A DNA stretch of 32,000 nt, from assembly GCA_050300635.1 (NCBI GenBank), contig JBNKYC010000014.1, forward strand, positions 194,175 through 226,174, written 5' to 3'. Under the pieces are notes generated by a model, which saw only the letters and a program-made list of their open reading frames with translations, did no database searches and was not told the origin of the DNA. Positions 1 to 8,169 of the stretch are shown one piece after another. Both the position numbers and the translations under genes were made by a program. The DNA is from Polyangiaceae bacterium. Lineage in GTDB: Bacteria > Myxococcota_A > Polyangia > Polyangiales > Polyangiaceae. Every line of letters starts with the position of its first letter. The stretch's first letter is position 1.

Positions 1-275
1 TCGACTTCAAAGGCATCGACTACGACCAGATCAAAGAGTTCGAAATCAACGTGAATCCGATCGAGAACCTGCTCGGCGTTGGAACTCTCACCGCGTTTTC
101 TGGAGCAACGAACGAAGGCAAGAAAGTTTCGAACCGCTTCGTGGGAATTCCAAAACCTTACGAGGTCTTCAAGATGGTCAAGAAAGTGTCCGTCGACATA
201 AAGACTGACTGGAACTATCCGAACGCCAAGCGTCCCGCCATAAATCCAGGCTACAACACTTCCTACAAACGTTGA
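1..275 (+). CDS. C-terminal fragment of a bacterial PH-domain (bPH_2/YdbT-like) protein; 5' end lies outside the window
   Basis: The frame-3 reading frame is open from the window edge (DFKGIDYDQIKEFEINVNPIENLLGVGTL...) to the stop at 273-275. The family call rests on recalled resemblance only. Confidence 0.4.
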   Translation, partial: DFKGIDYDQIKEFEINVNPIENLLGVGTLTAFSGATNEGKKVSNRFVGIPKPYEVFKMVKKVSVDIKTDWNYPNAKRPAINPGYNTSYKR

Positions 276-525
276 GTCGGGCTTGTCCGCCCGAGGGCGG
301 GCGATCAGATGTCGACCATTGAAACCGAGCTTCGCTCAGCCTCCGACGAGCCTAAGAAATTCAAGCCAACTTCCTTCCGTTAGACCCATCCACAAGGTTT
401 ACGTTCAGGATCTTATGCGTGGTTGAACCGGGGGCCAAGATCGCTGATCGAAAACAAGGCGTGAGTAATTGTTCGGCTTACCTTTTTTGGTGCCGGTGGT
501 GGGTACGGGCGATTCGTGTTGACCG

Positions 526-1398
526 CTAGTCTGGGGGGATTTCGTCGTGAAAGTAGGACTCCTCGGACGGGAGCTGGTCTTGATGGGCGCTTTCGTCGTT
601 GGGGGCGCTGGTCGCGGGGGCCTTGTAGTCGGGGAAGCTCTGGAACTCTGGGTTGGCGGGTGCTCTAGCCTCCGGCGTTGCTGTGGGTTCGTTCTGCTGG
701 GCAGTCGCGAGGGCGATGTTGGGGGCGTCGGACCAGGGTTTGATGTGGCGATCGGGGCTGGAGGCTCGGGGGCTTTCGATGTTGTGGAGGGCGAGGAACG
801 CCTTGGCCTTTTTGGGTTCTTCGATGAGTTCTTCGAAGCGGATGTCGCCGCCGCACTCGCATCTGAGGGCGTCGATGTCGTAGACGCGGTGCAGGAGCGT
901 GGCCCAGTCGAGGCGTCCGCTTTGCCATTGGGCTTCGGTTTGGGTGGCGGCCTGGATTTCGTCGGCTGTTGATTCAGGAGCGTTGCTCTCGGAACTTTCG
1001 GTGCCCTTCGGCTGTGGGCCGGGGACAACCTCGGCGCGCCATTTGCTCGCGGGGCCGAAGACTCCATAAAAACGAATGAGCGGATGTCTTGGGGGAGGGA
1101 TGAGCGCGCAGAGGCGCGCGAGAAACTGGTGAGGTTCCATGACGCGGTGGGTTCGCCCGCGGATGGGATGCTTGAGCTGGTAGACGACCTTGCCGTCTTC
1201 GGAGACGGAAAGTCGCTCAAGACTCAGAGGCGCGCGAGCACAGTAGCGGATGACCTGAGTGACGTACTTGGGTAACCCGCTTTTGTAGTTGTACTCGGAT
1301 GCCTTGAGGAACGACGGGAGATGCTCTTTGACGAGCGAGAAGAGCGGTGTGTCTTCAGGGTGATGCTGCTGATAGCTCCGGGCCTTTGCAGTGGGCAC
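526..1398 (-). mobile_element. IS91-family (HUH Y2) transposase remnant, apparently internally deleted
   Basis: The 290-aa ORF starts like IS91 transposases (YQQHHPEDTPLFSLVKEHLPSFL). It then jumps straight to the C-terminal conserved block (RYCARAPLSLERL...PHQFLARLCALIPPPRHPLIRFYGVFGPASKWRAEV). The zinc-binding and catalytic middle part is missing. Confidence 0.55.
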
Positions 1399-1727
1399 AT
1401 GGCAGCGATTGCGAAAGGCGTGCCGCCTTCACCCCTGCCCAAATTTGCTGACTTTTCGTTCCGCGTGGCTGACGCGCCAGCGGAGATGACCGACGCGCCA
1501 CCAGGACCTCTCGCTCACGCCACCCGTACCTCCAGCTCCACCGCCGGCCCGTAGTACGTCCCGCAAATCGCCCCCGCCCCGATACGTCCAACGTTCGGAC
1601 TCCCCTCTGACTCCACCTCCTGTGATCCGTCGTGATCATGCGTGATCGTGTGAGCGCGTTGCTCATAGAAAACTTGCTGTTTCCTATTTGATCACAGGGT
1701 TACAGGAATATTGCCAAGGTTGACGTC

Positions 1728-1753
1728 GAGGGTTCGAATCCCTTCTCCCGCTC
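1728..1753 (+). other. Orphan tRNA 3' fragment (T arm plus 3' acceptor strand); no matching 5' half upstream
   Basis: It reads GAGGG-TTCGAAT-CCCTT followed by CTCCCGC-T. No complementary GCGGGAG lies within 100 nt upstream. Confidence 0.55.
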
Positions 1754-1802
1754 AGCAACTAAAAAAGGTCCCCACGAAAGTGAGGGACTTTTTTTAGTTG
1801 CT
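1754..1802. terminator. Bidirectional rho-independent terminator
   Basis: Long inverted repeat AGCAACTAAAAAAGGTCCC...GGGACTTTTTTTAGTTGCT, with an A-run and a T-run flanking a GC stem. It lies directly after the tRNA fragment. Confidence 0.7.
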
Positions 1803-1930
1803 GAGGCGGGTTCGGGGCAGGGGTCCCACCCTCGAGTCGAGGGTGGAGCGCCTGCGGCGCTCGGGTCTCCCTGCGGTCGACCACGAATCTCTTAAAACTG
1901 ACCCCTGCTCCGAACGAGCGCGACGAAGGA

Positions 1931-1956
1931 GCGCGAGAGAAGGGATTCGAACCGTT
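1931..1956 (-). other. Inverted, degenerate copy of the same tRNA 3' end
   Basis: The reverse complement reads GGTTCGAATCCCTTCTCTCGCGC, against GGTTCGAATCCCTTCTCCCGCTC at 1731-1753. The T stem has one mismatch and no 5' half was found. Confidence 0.4.
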
Positions 1957-2126
1957 CAGCACACGGTTGGGACGGGCTCGTACCCACGAGGTTCCGGTGA
2001 AAAGGGTTCGACTCGAAGTGGACGGAGTCCGAGCGGAGCGGACGTGAGTCAGCGGAGCCGGACGGAGTCCAGTGAGAGACACGGTCCGACGAGCCCCTGC
2101 GAGTCGGAATCGCCGAAGGCGATAGT

Positions 2127-2144
2127 GAATCCCTTCTCCCGCTC
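2127..2144 (+). repeat. 18/18 direct repeat of 1736-1753 (tRNA 3' end core; candidate att-type repeat)
   Basis: GAATCCCTTCTCCCGCTC occurs at 1736-1753 and again at 2127-2144. The integrase gene starts 53 bp to the right. Confidence 0.8.
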
Positions 2145-2163
2145 TAGAATAACATAAAGAATC

Positions 2164-2197
2164 AACCGGTTGCGGCACTCGCCTCAGCCGGTTTTTT
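2164..2197 (+). terminator. Hairpin plus T-run (terminator-like)
   Basis: AACCGG-18 nt-CCGGTT followed by TTTTT. It abuts the integrase stop codon. Confidence 0.45.
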
Positions 2198-3507
2198 CAT
2201 TTGATCACCACTTCAGACGCCTGATCACCACCATGATCACCACTTGAGGCTTCGGCGGCCTTTTTAGCCCGCTTGGTCATCAAGTTCACCACCTTGCCTA
2301 AGCCCACCTGCTGCTCCTCACCGCGCACCGTCGAGTAGTGGTGCTGCATCCTCTCGGTCAGATGCCCGCTGATGCTGTGGGTCACCAAATCTTGGACTTC
2401 GGCGGCTCGAGCCAGGTCATTGAAGGTGCGGCGCATGCCATGCTGGGTGAAGGCGTAGCCTAGACCCATTTCTTCTGACACTTCGGCAAAGGGCTTGTTG
2501 AGGACGCTAGGGCTGCGGAATCCGCCGGTGAGGGCAGGGAAGAGCAGCTCTGAATCCTTTTGGGCGTCCGCTGTCAGTTGGTCTTCCACGTGCCAGCGCA
2601 GGACGCGAATCACTTCGATAGGCAAGTGGATGCTGTAGCGGGTCTTCTGCTTGGTGGTGTTGAGCACCAAATCACCTCGGGTTTGCGAGCGTCTGACGAG
2701 CAGACGCCCTTCGTCCCAAGGGACATCCGCATTCTCTCCCATGCGGCGCAGGGGACGCATGGTCGATGGGCGAAGCCCGGTACAGAACCCCAGGAAAGCC
2801 ATGGCGTAGTGCTGCGGGTGCAGCTCGCGCAGGAGCTCCAAAAAGACAGGGACCTGCTCGGGAGCGAGGCTATGTGGTGCTTCTTCTGAATAGGTGACGT
2901 GGTCTGAGGTGTCGAAATCACGCACGTCCTCGGTGGGCGAGCGCGAGAGTTCAAATTGACGAACAGCGGCCTTCATGATCACCCGCAGGATGGAAAGCCA
3001 TCCGTTTGCGGTGTTGGGCGAGTAGTCGCCCAGTGCGATCAAGGTCGCCACCCCTTCGCGCCAGCGGTCGACGTGACCCACACGGATCTCATCGACAGCC
3101 AGTTCTCCGAAGCCAGGGACGAAAAAGTCTTCGTCCTTGCTGTGCGTGCCCGCGATGAGATGGTTGAGCGAATGCTTCCACCTATCGCGACCTGCGGGAC
3201 TACGAATGTCTCTCGTCTGGATCTTTTTCTCCAGCAAGGACACCGCGAAGTCGCCGAAGCGCTGCTTCGGAATGGGGTCCGATCCTGTTTGTGACTGGAG
3301 TCGAACTTTCTCGTCCTCCAACCACTCGAAGGCTAACCTCTCCGTTTCCACGTCGAGAACCTTTCTGATCTCGCGCAGCTTCCCGGTCATCGAATCTTTC
3401 ACTCGGGCGCGCACGACGTAGCCTCCTCCTTTCTTCTCGAATACGCCGGGCAGGCGAGTCGGCCTCACCCAGCTGGTTCCTAGTTTCTTGTACTTCTTCT
3501 TGTCCAT
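2197..3507 (-). CDS. int: Tyrosine recombinase / phage-type integrase
   Basis: The ORF contains a C-terminal catalytic-type region (...GLRPSTMRPLR...HGMRRTFNDLA...GHLTERMQHHY). I set the start at MDKKKYKKLGTSW, which has AAGGAG 7 nt upstream, rather than at the track's 3567. Confidence 0.85.
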   Translation of the reverse strand: MDKKKYKKLGTSWVRPTRLPGVFEKKGGGYVVRARVKDSMTGKLREIRKVLDVETERLAFEWLEDEKVRLQSQTGSDPIPKQRFGDFAVSLLEKKIQTRDIRSPAGRDRWKHSLNHLIAGTHSKDEDFFVPGFGELAVDEIRVGHVDRWREGVATLIALGDYSPNTANGWLSILRVIMKAAVRQFELSRSPTEDVRDFDTSDHVTYSEEAPHSLAPEQVPVFLELLRELHPQHYAMAFLGFCTGLRPSTMRPLRRMGENADVPWDEGRLLVRRSQTRGDLVLNTTKQKTRYSIHLPIEVIRVLRWHVEDQLTADAQKDSELLFPALTGGFRSPSVLNKPFAEVSEEMGLGYAFTQHGMRRTFNDLARAAEVQDLVTHSISGHLTERMQHHYSTVRGEEQQVGLGKVVNLMTKRAKKAAEASSGDHGGDQASEVVIK

Positions 3508-3805
3508 CGGGGACTCCTTCAGTTGAAGGCGCACCCGGACGATCCGAGTACAGGTTACCACCGGCACTTCCCGTCAAGAACCGGTCGAGTTCGGCACGCT
3601 CGAATACATGGGTCCCGCGTCCGCCGCGCCGCCCCGCTGCAGCGAGACGCCCCTCCTTCAGGGCCTTCCGGATGGCCCCTGTTGTCCTGAACCCACAATA
3701 CGCAGCAGCCTCCCTCGTCGTGAGGAAAGGCGAGCGAACCGCACCTCCGGCTTCAACCGAACGATGCTGCGCTAGTGGATTTTCGCGGCGTGCCATTGCT
3801 CCCAA
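3200..3805 (-). CDS. xis: Excisionase-family HTH protein (only the N-terminal ~75 aa are recognisable)
   Basis: FLTTREAAAYCGFRTTGAIRKALKEGRL...HVFERAELDRFL resembles excisionase/MerR-type HTH domains. The frame then stays open for about 300 nt across the int start, so the true 3' end and extent are uncertain. Confidence 0.5.
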   Translation of the reverse strand: MGAMARRENPLAQHRSVEAGGAVRSPFLTTREAAAYCGFRTTGAIRKALKEGRLAAAGRRGGRGTHVFERAELDRFLTGSAGGNLYSDRPGAPSTEGVPDGQEEVQETRNQLGEADSPARRIREERRRLRRARPSERFDDREAARDQKGSRRGNGEVSLRVVGGRESSTPVTNRIGPHSEAALRRLRGVLAGEKDPDERHS

Positions 3806-3998
3806 TTATCTGAGAAGCACCGAACCAATTGACAGTCCTTTCCGCACGCTCGCAACGGATACAGCCGGCACTTTAGGGTGCAGTATGAGAACGAGAGCCC
3901 AAAAGAGCTGCCCTCAACACGACCCCCGGAGGGGCTGTTAACTACCGGCTAACCTATCTCATCCACTACTTCTACTAATAGCGGAGTTGCGATTGTTC

Positions 3999-4943
3999 TT
4001 AGCTCAGCAAATAGAACGGCACATCTCCGATGGCGATCTTACTTTGCGTGAGGCGGGAGGGATCGCGGCGGAGGAACTCAGGAACTTCGACGGTTCGCTC
4101 GAAGCTCAATCGACGAGGTAGCGATTCATAGAGCGACCTCGGCGGAGGGTCGTTCTGCATTTCTTTGAATCGCAGGCCGCTGGCGAATGTGTGCATGAAG
4201 ATCTTCTTCAATCCGATATCGCTACGAATGAACTGAATCGTCGCGGCGAGCATCGCTTCGGACCACATCCGTGCGTATGGCTGAAAGAGCTTGGCGTACC
4301 AAAGCAGGTGAGCCCGAGTTACGCCCTCGTGCACATGGCCTGAGCCAACCCAGAGCTTCCCGCTACGGCTTCGCCAGGGGTCCTCGGTCTCGACAGCCTC
4401 CCTCACCTCTTTCGCCCAGTCTGATTGGATCTCTTCGATCAGGGCTTCCCCGGTATCGAGGTCGAAATCGATTCGCGCCCAGGCCAGGGTGCTTCCCTCC
4501 CTAGAGTTGGGATGACAGGACCAAGTAAAGAGTGGTTCTTGGGGCCTAAGCAGTCTTCGATACTCGTGCAGGTGTTCCGCGCCGAGGTTCAGTTGGAGAA
4601 CCAGATTGTAGCCTTTTCGCGAGGTTTGCCCCCACGGCTCTCCAGAAGCGCCGCCGTTCCACGACGTCACGCGCAGGCGGAAGTACTTCGTGCCAGAGGG
4701 ACGAAGTAGCTCGAAGGCCGCTGGCCGCACGACCCCATCTGGGACGGTGCGGAGGAACTGGCGAACAGCCGGCGCCTGAAGCAAACGACCGGCACCAGCA
4801 GCGCGGAGCGCTGACACTTTCTGAGGCTCCTTGCCCACCACCTCTTTCAAACGATGGAGGGCAAACATCCCCGGTGCGTACGAAAACACGCGCTTCTCAT
4901 CTTTGAGGCACTCAAGCGCCTCCCTTATCTGCTGCTTGTCCAC
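3999..4943 (-). CDS. Hypothetical protein (314 aa), no family recognised
   Basis: Long ORF with plausible composition. It sits between xis and the SPFH gene. Confidence 0.5.
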   Translation of the reverse strand: MDKQQIREALECLKDEKRVFSYAPGMFALHRLKEVVGKEPQKVSALRAAGAGRLLQAPAVRQFLRTVPDGVVRPAAFELLRPSGTKYFRLRVTSWNGGASGEPWGQTSRKGYNLVLQLNLGAEHLHEYRRLLRPQEPLFTWSCHPNSREGSTLAWARIDFDLDTGEALIEEIQSDWAKEVREAVETEDPWRSRSGKLWVGSGHVHEGVTRAHLLWYAKLFQPYARMWSEAMLAATIQFIRSDIGLKKIFMHTFASGLRFKEMQNDPPPRSLYESLPRRLSFERTVEVPEFLRRDPSRLTQSKIAIGDVPFYLLS

Positions 4944-5007
4944 AAACGCCTCCCTGAGGCGAAGTGGGGCAGCGTCGCGTCACGAAGAACGATGACGCCG
5001 CCCCTTC

Positions 5008-6123
5008 TTACTTCTGATTGACAGCCCCAGATCCCAGGAACTGCGCTGGCACCAAGGAAGAAAGTCCATCGGCACCGACCACCACTCGGACTTCGGCGAT
5101 GTTCTCGGCGATTTCCTTCATGGCTTCGAGCTCCTTGAGACGGAGCAGGACTGGTTCGGCCGCCATGACCTTGGCCGTGTTGGCGAGAGACCGCGTTGCG
5201 GCCGTCTCTTCACGACGGAGAATCACGTTGGCCTGTGCTTCCTTCTCCGCCTCAATGACGCGGTTCAGAAGCACCTTCATTTCACCGGGGAGGACAACGT
5301 CCTTCACACCGATGTGCTCGACGCGAACACCAATGCCCTCAGCAACAGGCAGAACCTGGGCGATCATTGCACGGGTGAGGGCGTCTCGCCCCTCGAGCAG
5401 TGCATCGAGGGTCACGCCAGCGACATAGTCACGGGCTGCCAGCTGTGCAGCAACGTAGACCGAGTCACGAACACTGGTCACCCGGCGGCTCAGGGCAACA
5501 TCCTCGACTGCGTACTCAACAGAAATGCTGAGGCGCAGCGTGACCTTGTCCCGAGTCATGAGTTCCTGACCGGTAATCGCAAGCTCCGTTCGGCGAACAT
5601 CGACCTTGTCGATGACCACCGGACGGTCGACCGTGTTCCAGAACCGGTAGAGACCTGGTTCGAGAACGCGCTCGAGCTTTCCGCTCACCTTCAGAACCCC
5701 ACGTTCGTGCGGCTGAATCGTTGCTTGAGTGTACTGGCCGGTAGGAACCACCCCTTCGAGCTCTGCGGTCAGAGCAGGAAAGTCAGCGCGCGTGTCGAAC
5801 ACTTCGACGCGAACTGAAGGGTCCATCGTCCAAAATCGCGTCACTCCAGAACGGAGAAACTTGACCGGACGCCCTCCAGCAAACAGCACGGCTCGCTCGT
5901 GGTCGGCAACCTGAACCTCAGCGTACCAATCGGAAGGCAGCACAGCTGCGACCTCTGGGTAGGCATCAAAGATCAGCTCGTCGGCCTTGAAGCGCTGCTC
6001 AGAATAACCGCGTCCCCAAAGGGTGTGGCGACCTGGTCCGAGGGCACGCACGGGCAGACTGTTCTTGAACAGCACGACTCGCTCGTTCAGCTTGACTCGT
6101 AGCGTCTTGTATATTCCAAACAT
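5008..6123 (-). CDS. SPFH/band-7 (slipin-like) domain protein
   Basis: The C-terminal half has a typical SPFH signature (VRVEHIGVKDVVLPGEMKVLLNRVIEAEKEAQANVILRREETAATRSLANTAKVM). Confidence 0.75.
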   Translation of the reverse strand: MFGIYKTLRVKLNERVVLFKNSLPVRALGPGRHTLWGRGYSEQRFKADELIFDAYPEVAAVLPSDWYAEVQVADHERAVLFAGGRPVKFLRSGVTRFWTMDPSVRVEVFDTRADFPALTAELEGVVPTGQYTQATIQPHERGVLKVSGKLERVLEPGLYRFWNTVDRPVVIDKVDVRRTELAITGQELMTRDKVTLRLSISVEYAVEDVALSRRVTSVRDSVYVAAQLAARDYVAGVTLDALLEGRDALTRAMIAQVLPVAEGIGVRVEHIGVKDVVLPGEMKVLLNRVIEAEKEAQANVILRREETAATRSLANTAKVMAAEPVLLRLKELEAMKEIAENIAEVRVVVGADGLSSLVPAQFLGSGAVNQK

Positions 6124-6552
6124 GATTCCGATCTCCTTTCATCGAGATTTCTGAGGCAAAGTTCTTGCTTCGAGAGAATGAGCCTCGCGGTCCATTTCGC
6201 CGCCGAGGCCCCAGGCGACGACCTCCACAAGGAGTCGCGCCGTAAAAGTGGAACTCATTCATCTGACGTGGGGAGCGACACGGGCGAACCCGCTGGGCTC
6301 CGCCGCACCGTGTGGACTCGACGGACTCAGGCCCCGAAAGGCCTTCGCTCGCCTGTCGTTCGGGCCGTGCGGGGAGTCGCCTGCCGGGCTGGTCCGAGAG
6401 CGCCTCATTGAGTGAGGCGTCTGTCAGAAAGCTGGGCAGTCGAGTCCGTCGCGGGCGCGAAAGGAGTCGACGTGAGTGCGGAGCAAGGCGAGCGCTCCCC
6501 TCCCCCGTGGGAAGTTGGCGCGCCTCGCCGACGCTGGATGTTTGAGTTCCTG

Positions 6553-6643
6553 GTTTGGGTAATTTCGCTACCTAAAAGCGTTGCCTTTCGGCACAAGGTT
6601 AAAAGCCTTGTTCTCATGTTCTGACCAACTGAACTACAGCCCC
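6553..6643 (-). pseudogene. Decayed tRNA-Lys(UUU)-like element
   Basis: On the minus strand the 5' half is canonical (GGGGCTG TA GTTC AGTTGGTCA GAAC). The anticodon arm is CAAGG-CTTTTAA-CCTTG. Six extra nt precede the anticodon stem, the T loop is GCGAAAT, and only 4 of 7 acceptor pairs form. Confidence 0.3.
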
Positions 6644-6646
6644 TAG

Positions 6647-6728
6647 TGGAACTGACCGGAATCGAACCGGTGACCGTGAGAGTCTGGTGGACGATACGTT
6701 CGCCTAACGGTGACCACACCATCGCTCC
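6647..6728 (-). other. tRNA-like element with a good T arm but no canonical anticodon arm
   Basis: The T arm is ACCGG-TTCGATT-CCGGT. The acceptor pairs at 5 of 7 positions (GGAGCGA/CAGTTCC). I could not fold the interior as a cloverleaf. Confidence 0.25.
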
Positions 6729-6799
6729 TCAGGACACGAACCACGGACACACAAGGGAGACTGCAAAGAGACCCAAGCGCGCGCCGTCGCACTGACTAA

Positions 6800-6878
6800 A
6801 GAGACGAGAGGGAGTCGAACCCTCTACCCGGAAAGCCCGCCCCAGTCCGATTTGCGGTCGGACCAAGGCGGGCTGGAC
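6800..6878 (-). other. tRNA-like element directly downstream of the HNH gene
   Basis: The T arm is GAGGG-TTCGACT-CCCTC. A long hairpin AGCCCGCC..GTCCGA-CCGCAAA-TCGGAC..GGCGGGCT carries a GCA-containing 7-nt loop. No partner for the acceptor 5' strand was found. Confidence 0.3.
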
Positions 6879-7397
6879 TCAGATCATTCCGTAGGCTTCC
6901 AAGTACGGAAGCCATTCTTCCGGGACGCGGCCGCGGCGCGCGTCGACCATCCCAATCGGGAGGGCCTTGGGCCGCACTGGCTCCATCAGCGGGAACATCC
7001 CCGCTTCGTCACAGCTCAGATTGGCCTTCTTGTTGTTGCAACGCTGACACGCAGCAACGATGTTCTCGAACGTTCGAGGCCCGCCGTGACTCCGAGGAAC
7101 CACATGGTCCATCGTGAGATCACTTCCGGGCAGATGAGCTCCGCAGTACTGGCAGCGGAACTTATCGCGGATCTTCACATTGTGGTCCGAGTACTTGATC
7201 CCCTTCTTGAAACGGGGAGTCATGTGCCGCAGGCGAATGACGGCAGGCACGTTCCAGGTCACGGACGGGGAAGAGACCGTCTCTGAATACTCAGCAATGA
7301 CATCGACCGTTTCCTCGTAGGTCATCTTGATTGCGGCCTGCCAAGGAACCACCTTTATCGGGAAGTACCAGGCCGTGAGGAGCAGTGAATTTCGCAT
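6879..7397 (-). CDS. HNH endonuclease (small McrA/COG1403-like)
   Basis: The motif reads CQYCG...LTMDHVVPRSHGGPRTFENIVAACQRCNNKKAN. The start is set at MRNSLLL, with AAGGAGG upstream. The track's longer N-terminus runs into a non-coding repeat. Confidence 0.8.
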   Translation of the reverse strand: MRNSLLLTAWYFPIKVVPWQAAIKMTYEETVDVIAEYSETVSSPSVTWNVPAVIRLRHMTPRFKKGIKYSDHNVKIRDKFRCQYCGAHLPGSDLTMDHVVPRSHGGPRTFENIVAACQRCNNKKANLSCDEAGMFPLMEPVRPKALPIGMVDARRGRVPEEWLPYLEAYGMI

Positions 7398-7432
7398 CAC
7401 GGCCTCCTTTCCTTTGTTGGTGCGATTGACTG

Positions 7433-7560
7433 TTTCTTTCAGGAGGGCAGAGGCCCTCCTCGTCGCGGGAAGTGAATCCCGGCTCCTCACCTCCACCCAA
7501 GCGACGTGCGCTCCGGCGCCTCCCACTTGGTCGGCGGCGGTACTCGCGCTCTCGTCCCGG
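7433..7560 (-). repeat. Copy 1 of a ~125-bp repeated non-coding element (leader-like, ends ~36 nt before the HNH start)
   Basis: About 88% identical to 8692-8818. Minus-strand hairpins GGAGGGC-CTCT-GCCCTCC and CGGGA-TTCACT-TCCCG are present. Confidence 0.7.
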
Positions 7561-7739
7561 CGCTACCGAGCCTCGTCCTGCCGGTCGCGGAAGACGGGCC
7601 CCGACGCTCCCCGGGCGGAAGGGCGCAGGAAACCACCGGCGACTAAGTAGGAGCCGCTGGATTTCCAGCGGAAGGTGGGGAGGAGAAGCGGAGATTCACT
7701 CTCCGCGACGGAGGGGACGCCGTCCCCTCAAAAAACGAG

Positions 7740-7813
7740 TAGAGCACATGGGAGTTGAACCCATCGCAGGTCCCTTATCAGGAGACCCAGATCAAACCGG
7801 ATCGTCGTGCTCA
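7740..7813 (-). tRNA. tRNA-Ile(GAU)
   Basis: Anticodon arm GTCTC-CTGATAA-GGGAC, T arm ATGGG-TTCAACT-CCCAT. The acceptor forms 6 bp with a U1-U72 mismatch. No CCA is encoded. Confidence 0.65.
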
Positions 7814-7814
7814 G

Positions 7815-7962
7815 TGCTGTCGGCGGGAGTCGTGGCCGAGCCCCGCTAGGGGCGAGCCCCACCGAGATAGTGCGATCGAAGAACGCACTATCGAAGGTCA
7901 CCCGCAATGCCGTGCGGCACGCCGTCTCAGGGCGCTGTGTATGCCTGTTCCACCACGACAGC
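7815..7962 (-). tRNA. tRNA-Leu(GAG)-like, abnormally long (148 nt)
   Basis: Perfect 7-bp acceptor GCTGTCG/CGACAGC with A73. Anticodon arm GCGCC-CTGAGAC-GGCGT and a type II variable arm CCGCA-CGGCAT-TGCGG. About 75 extra nt of hairpins precede the 3' strand, including the motif CTCGGCCACGACTCC. Confidence 0.45.
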
Positions 7963-7963
7963 G

Positions 7964-8081
7964 TGGTACACGCCCTCGGATTCGTGGCCGAGGACGTAGT
8001 CCGAGTCCCGCCGAGCGAAGCGACGGCCACCAGACTTCCCGGGCTTAAACCGGGCACCTCTACCGATTGGGTTAGGCGTGC
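7964..8081 (-). tRNA. tRNA-Leu(UAA), long (118 nt), CCA encoded
   Basis: Acceptor GCACGCC/GGCGTGT followed by ACCA. Anticodon arm CCCGG-TTTAAGC-CCGGG. The variable region is 45 nt and the T arm is CTCGG-CCACGAAT-CCGAG with an 8-nt loop. Confidence 0.55.
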
Positions 8082-8085
8082 CGAG

Positions 8086-8167
8086 CGGAAGGTAGAGAAA
8101 TCGAACCACGCACCTCTCGGTGCCCCTGGTTTTCAAAACCAGTTCGCCTCCATAGGCGGTACCTTCC
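8086..8167 (-). tRNA. tRNA-Ser(UGA)
   Basis: Perfect acceptor GGAAGGT/ACCTTCC with G73. Anticodon arm CTGGT-TTTGAAA-ACCAG and variable arm GCACC-GAGA-GGTGC. The T stem has two mismatches. Confidence 0.6.
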
Positions 8168-8169
8168 GG

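Noticed and set aside
405-1220. 271-aa ORF overlapping the IS91-like ORF in another frame
   Set aside because: It has extreme Pro/Ser/Thr/Arg low-complexity composition. The alternative frame (526-1398) carries recognisable transposase motifs.
7711-7736. GC hairpin GAGGGGAC-GCC-GTCCCCTC followed by AAAAAA, a possible terminator
   Set aside because: On the plus strand it is followed by an A-run rather than a T-run. On the minus strand the T-run precedes the hairpin. Neither orientation fits an intrinsic terminator, so I kept it only as a spacer hairpin.
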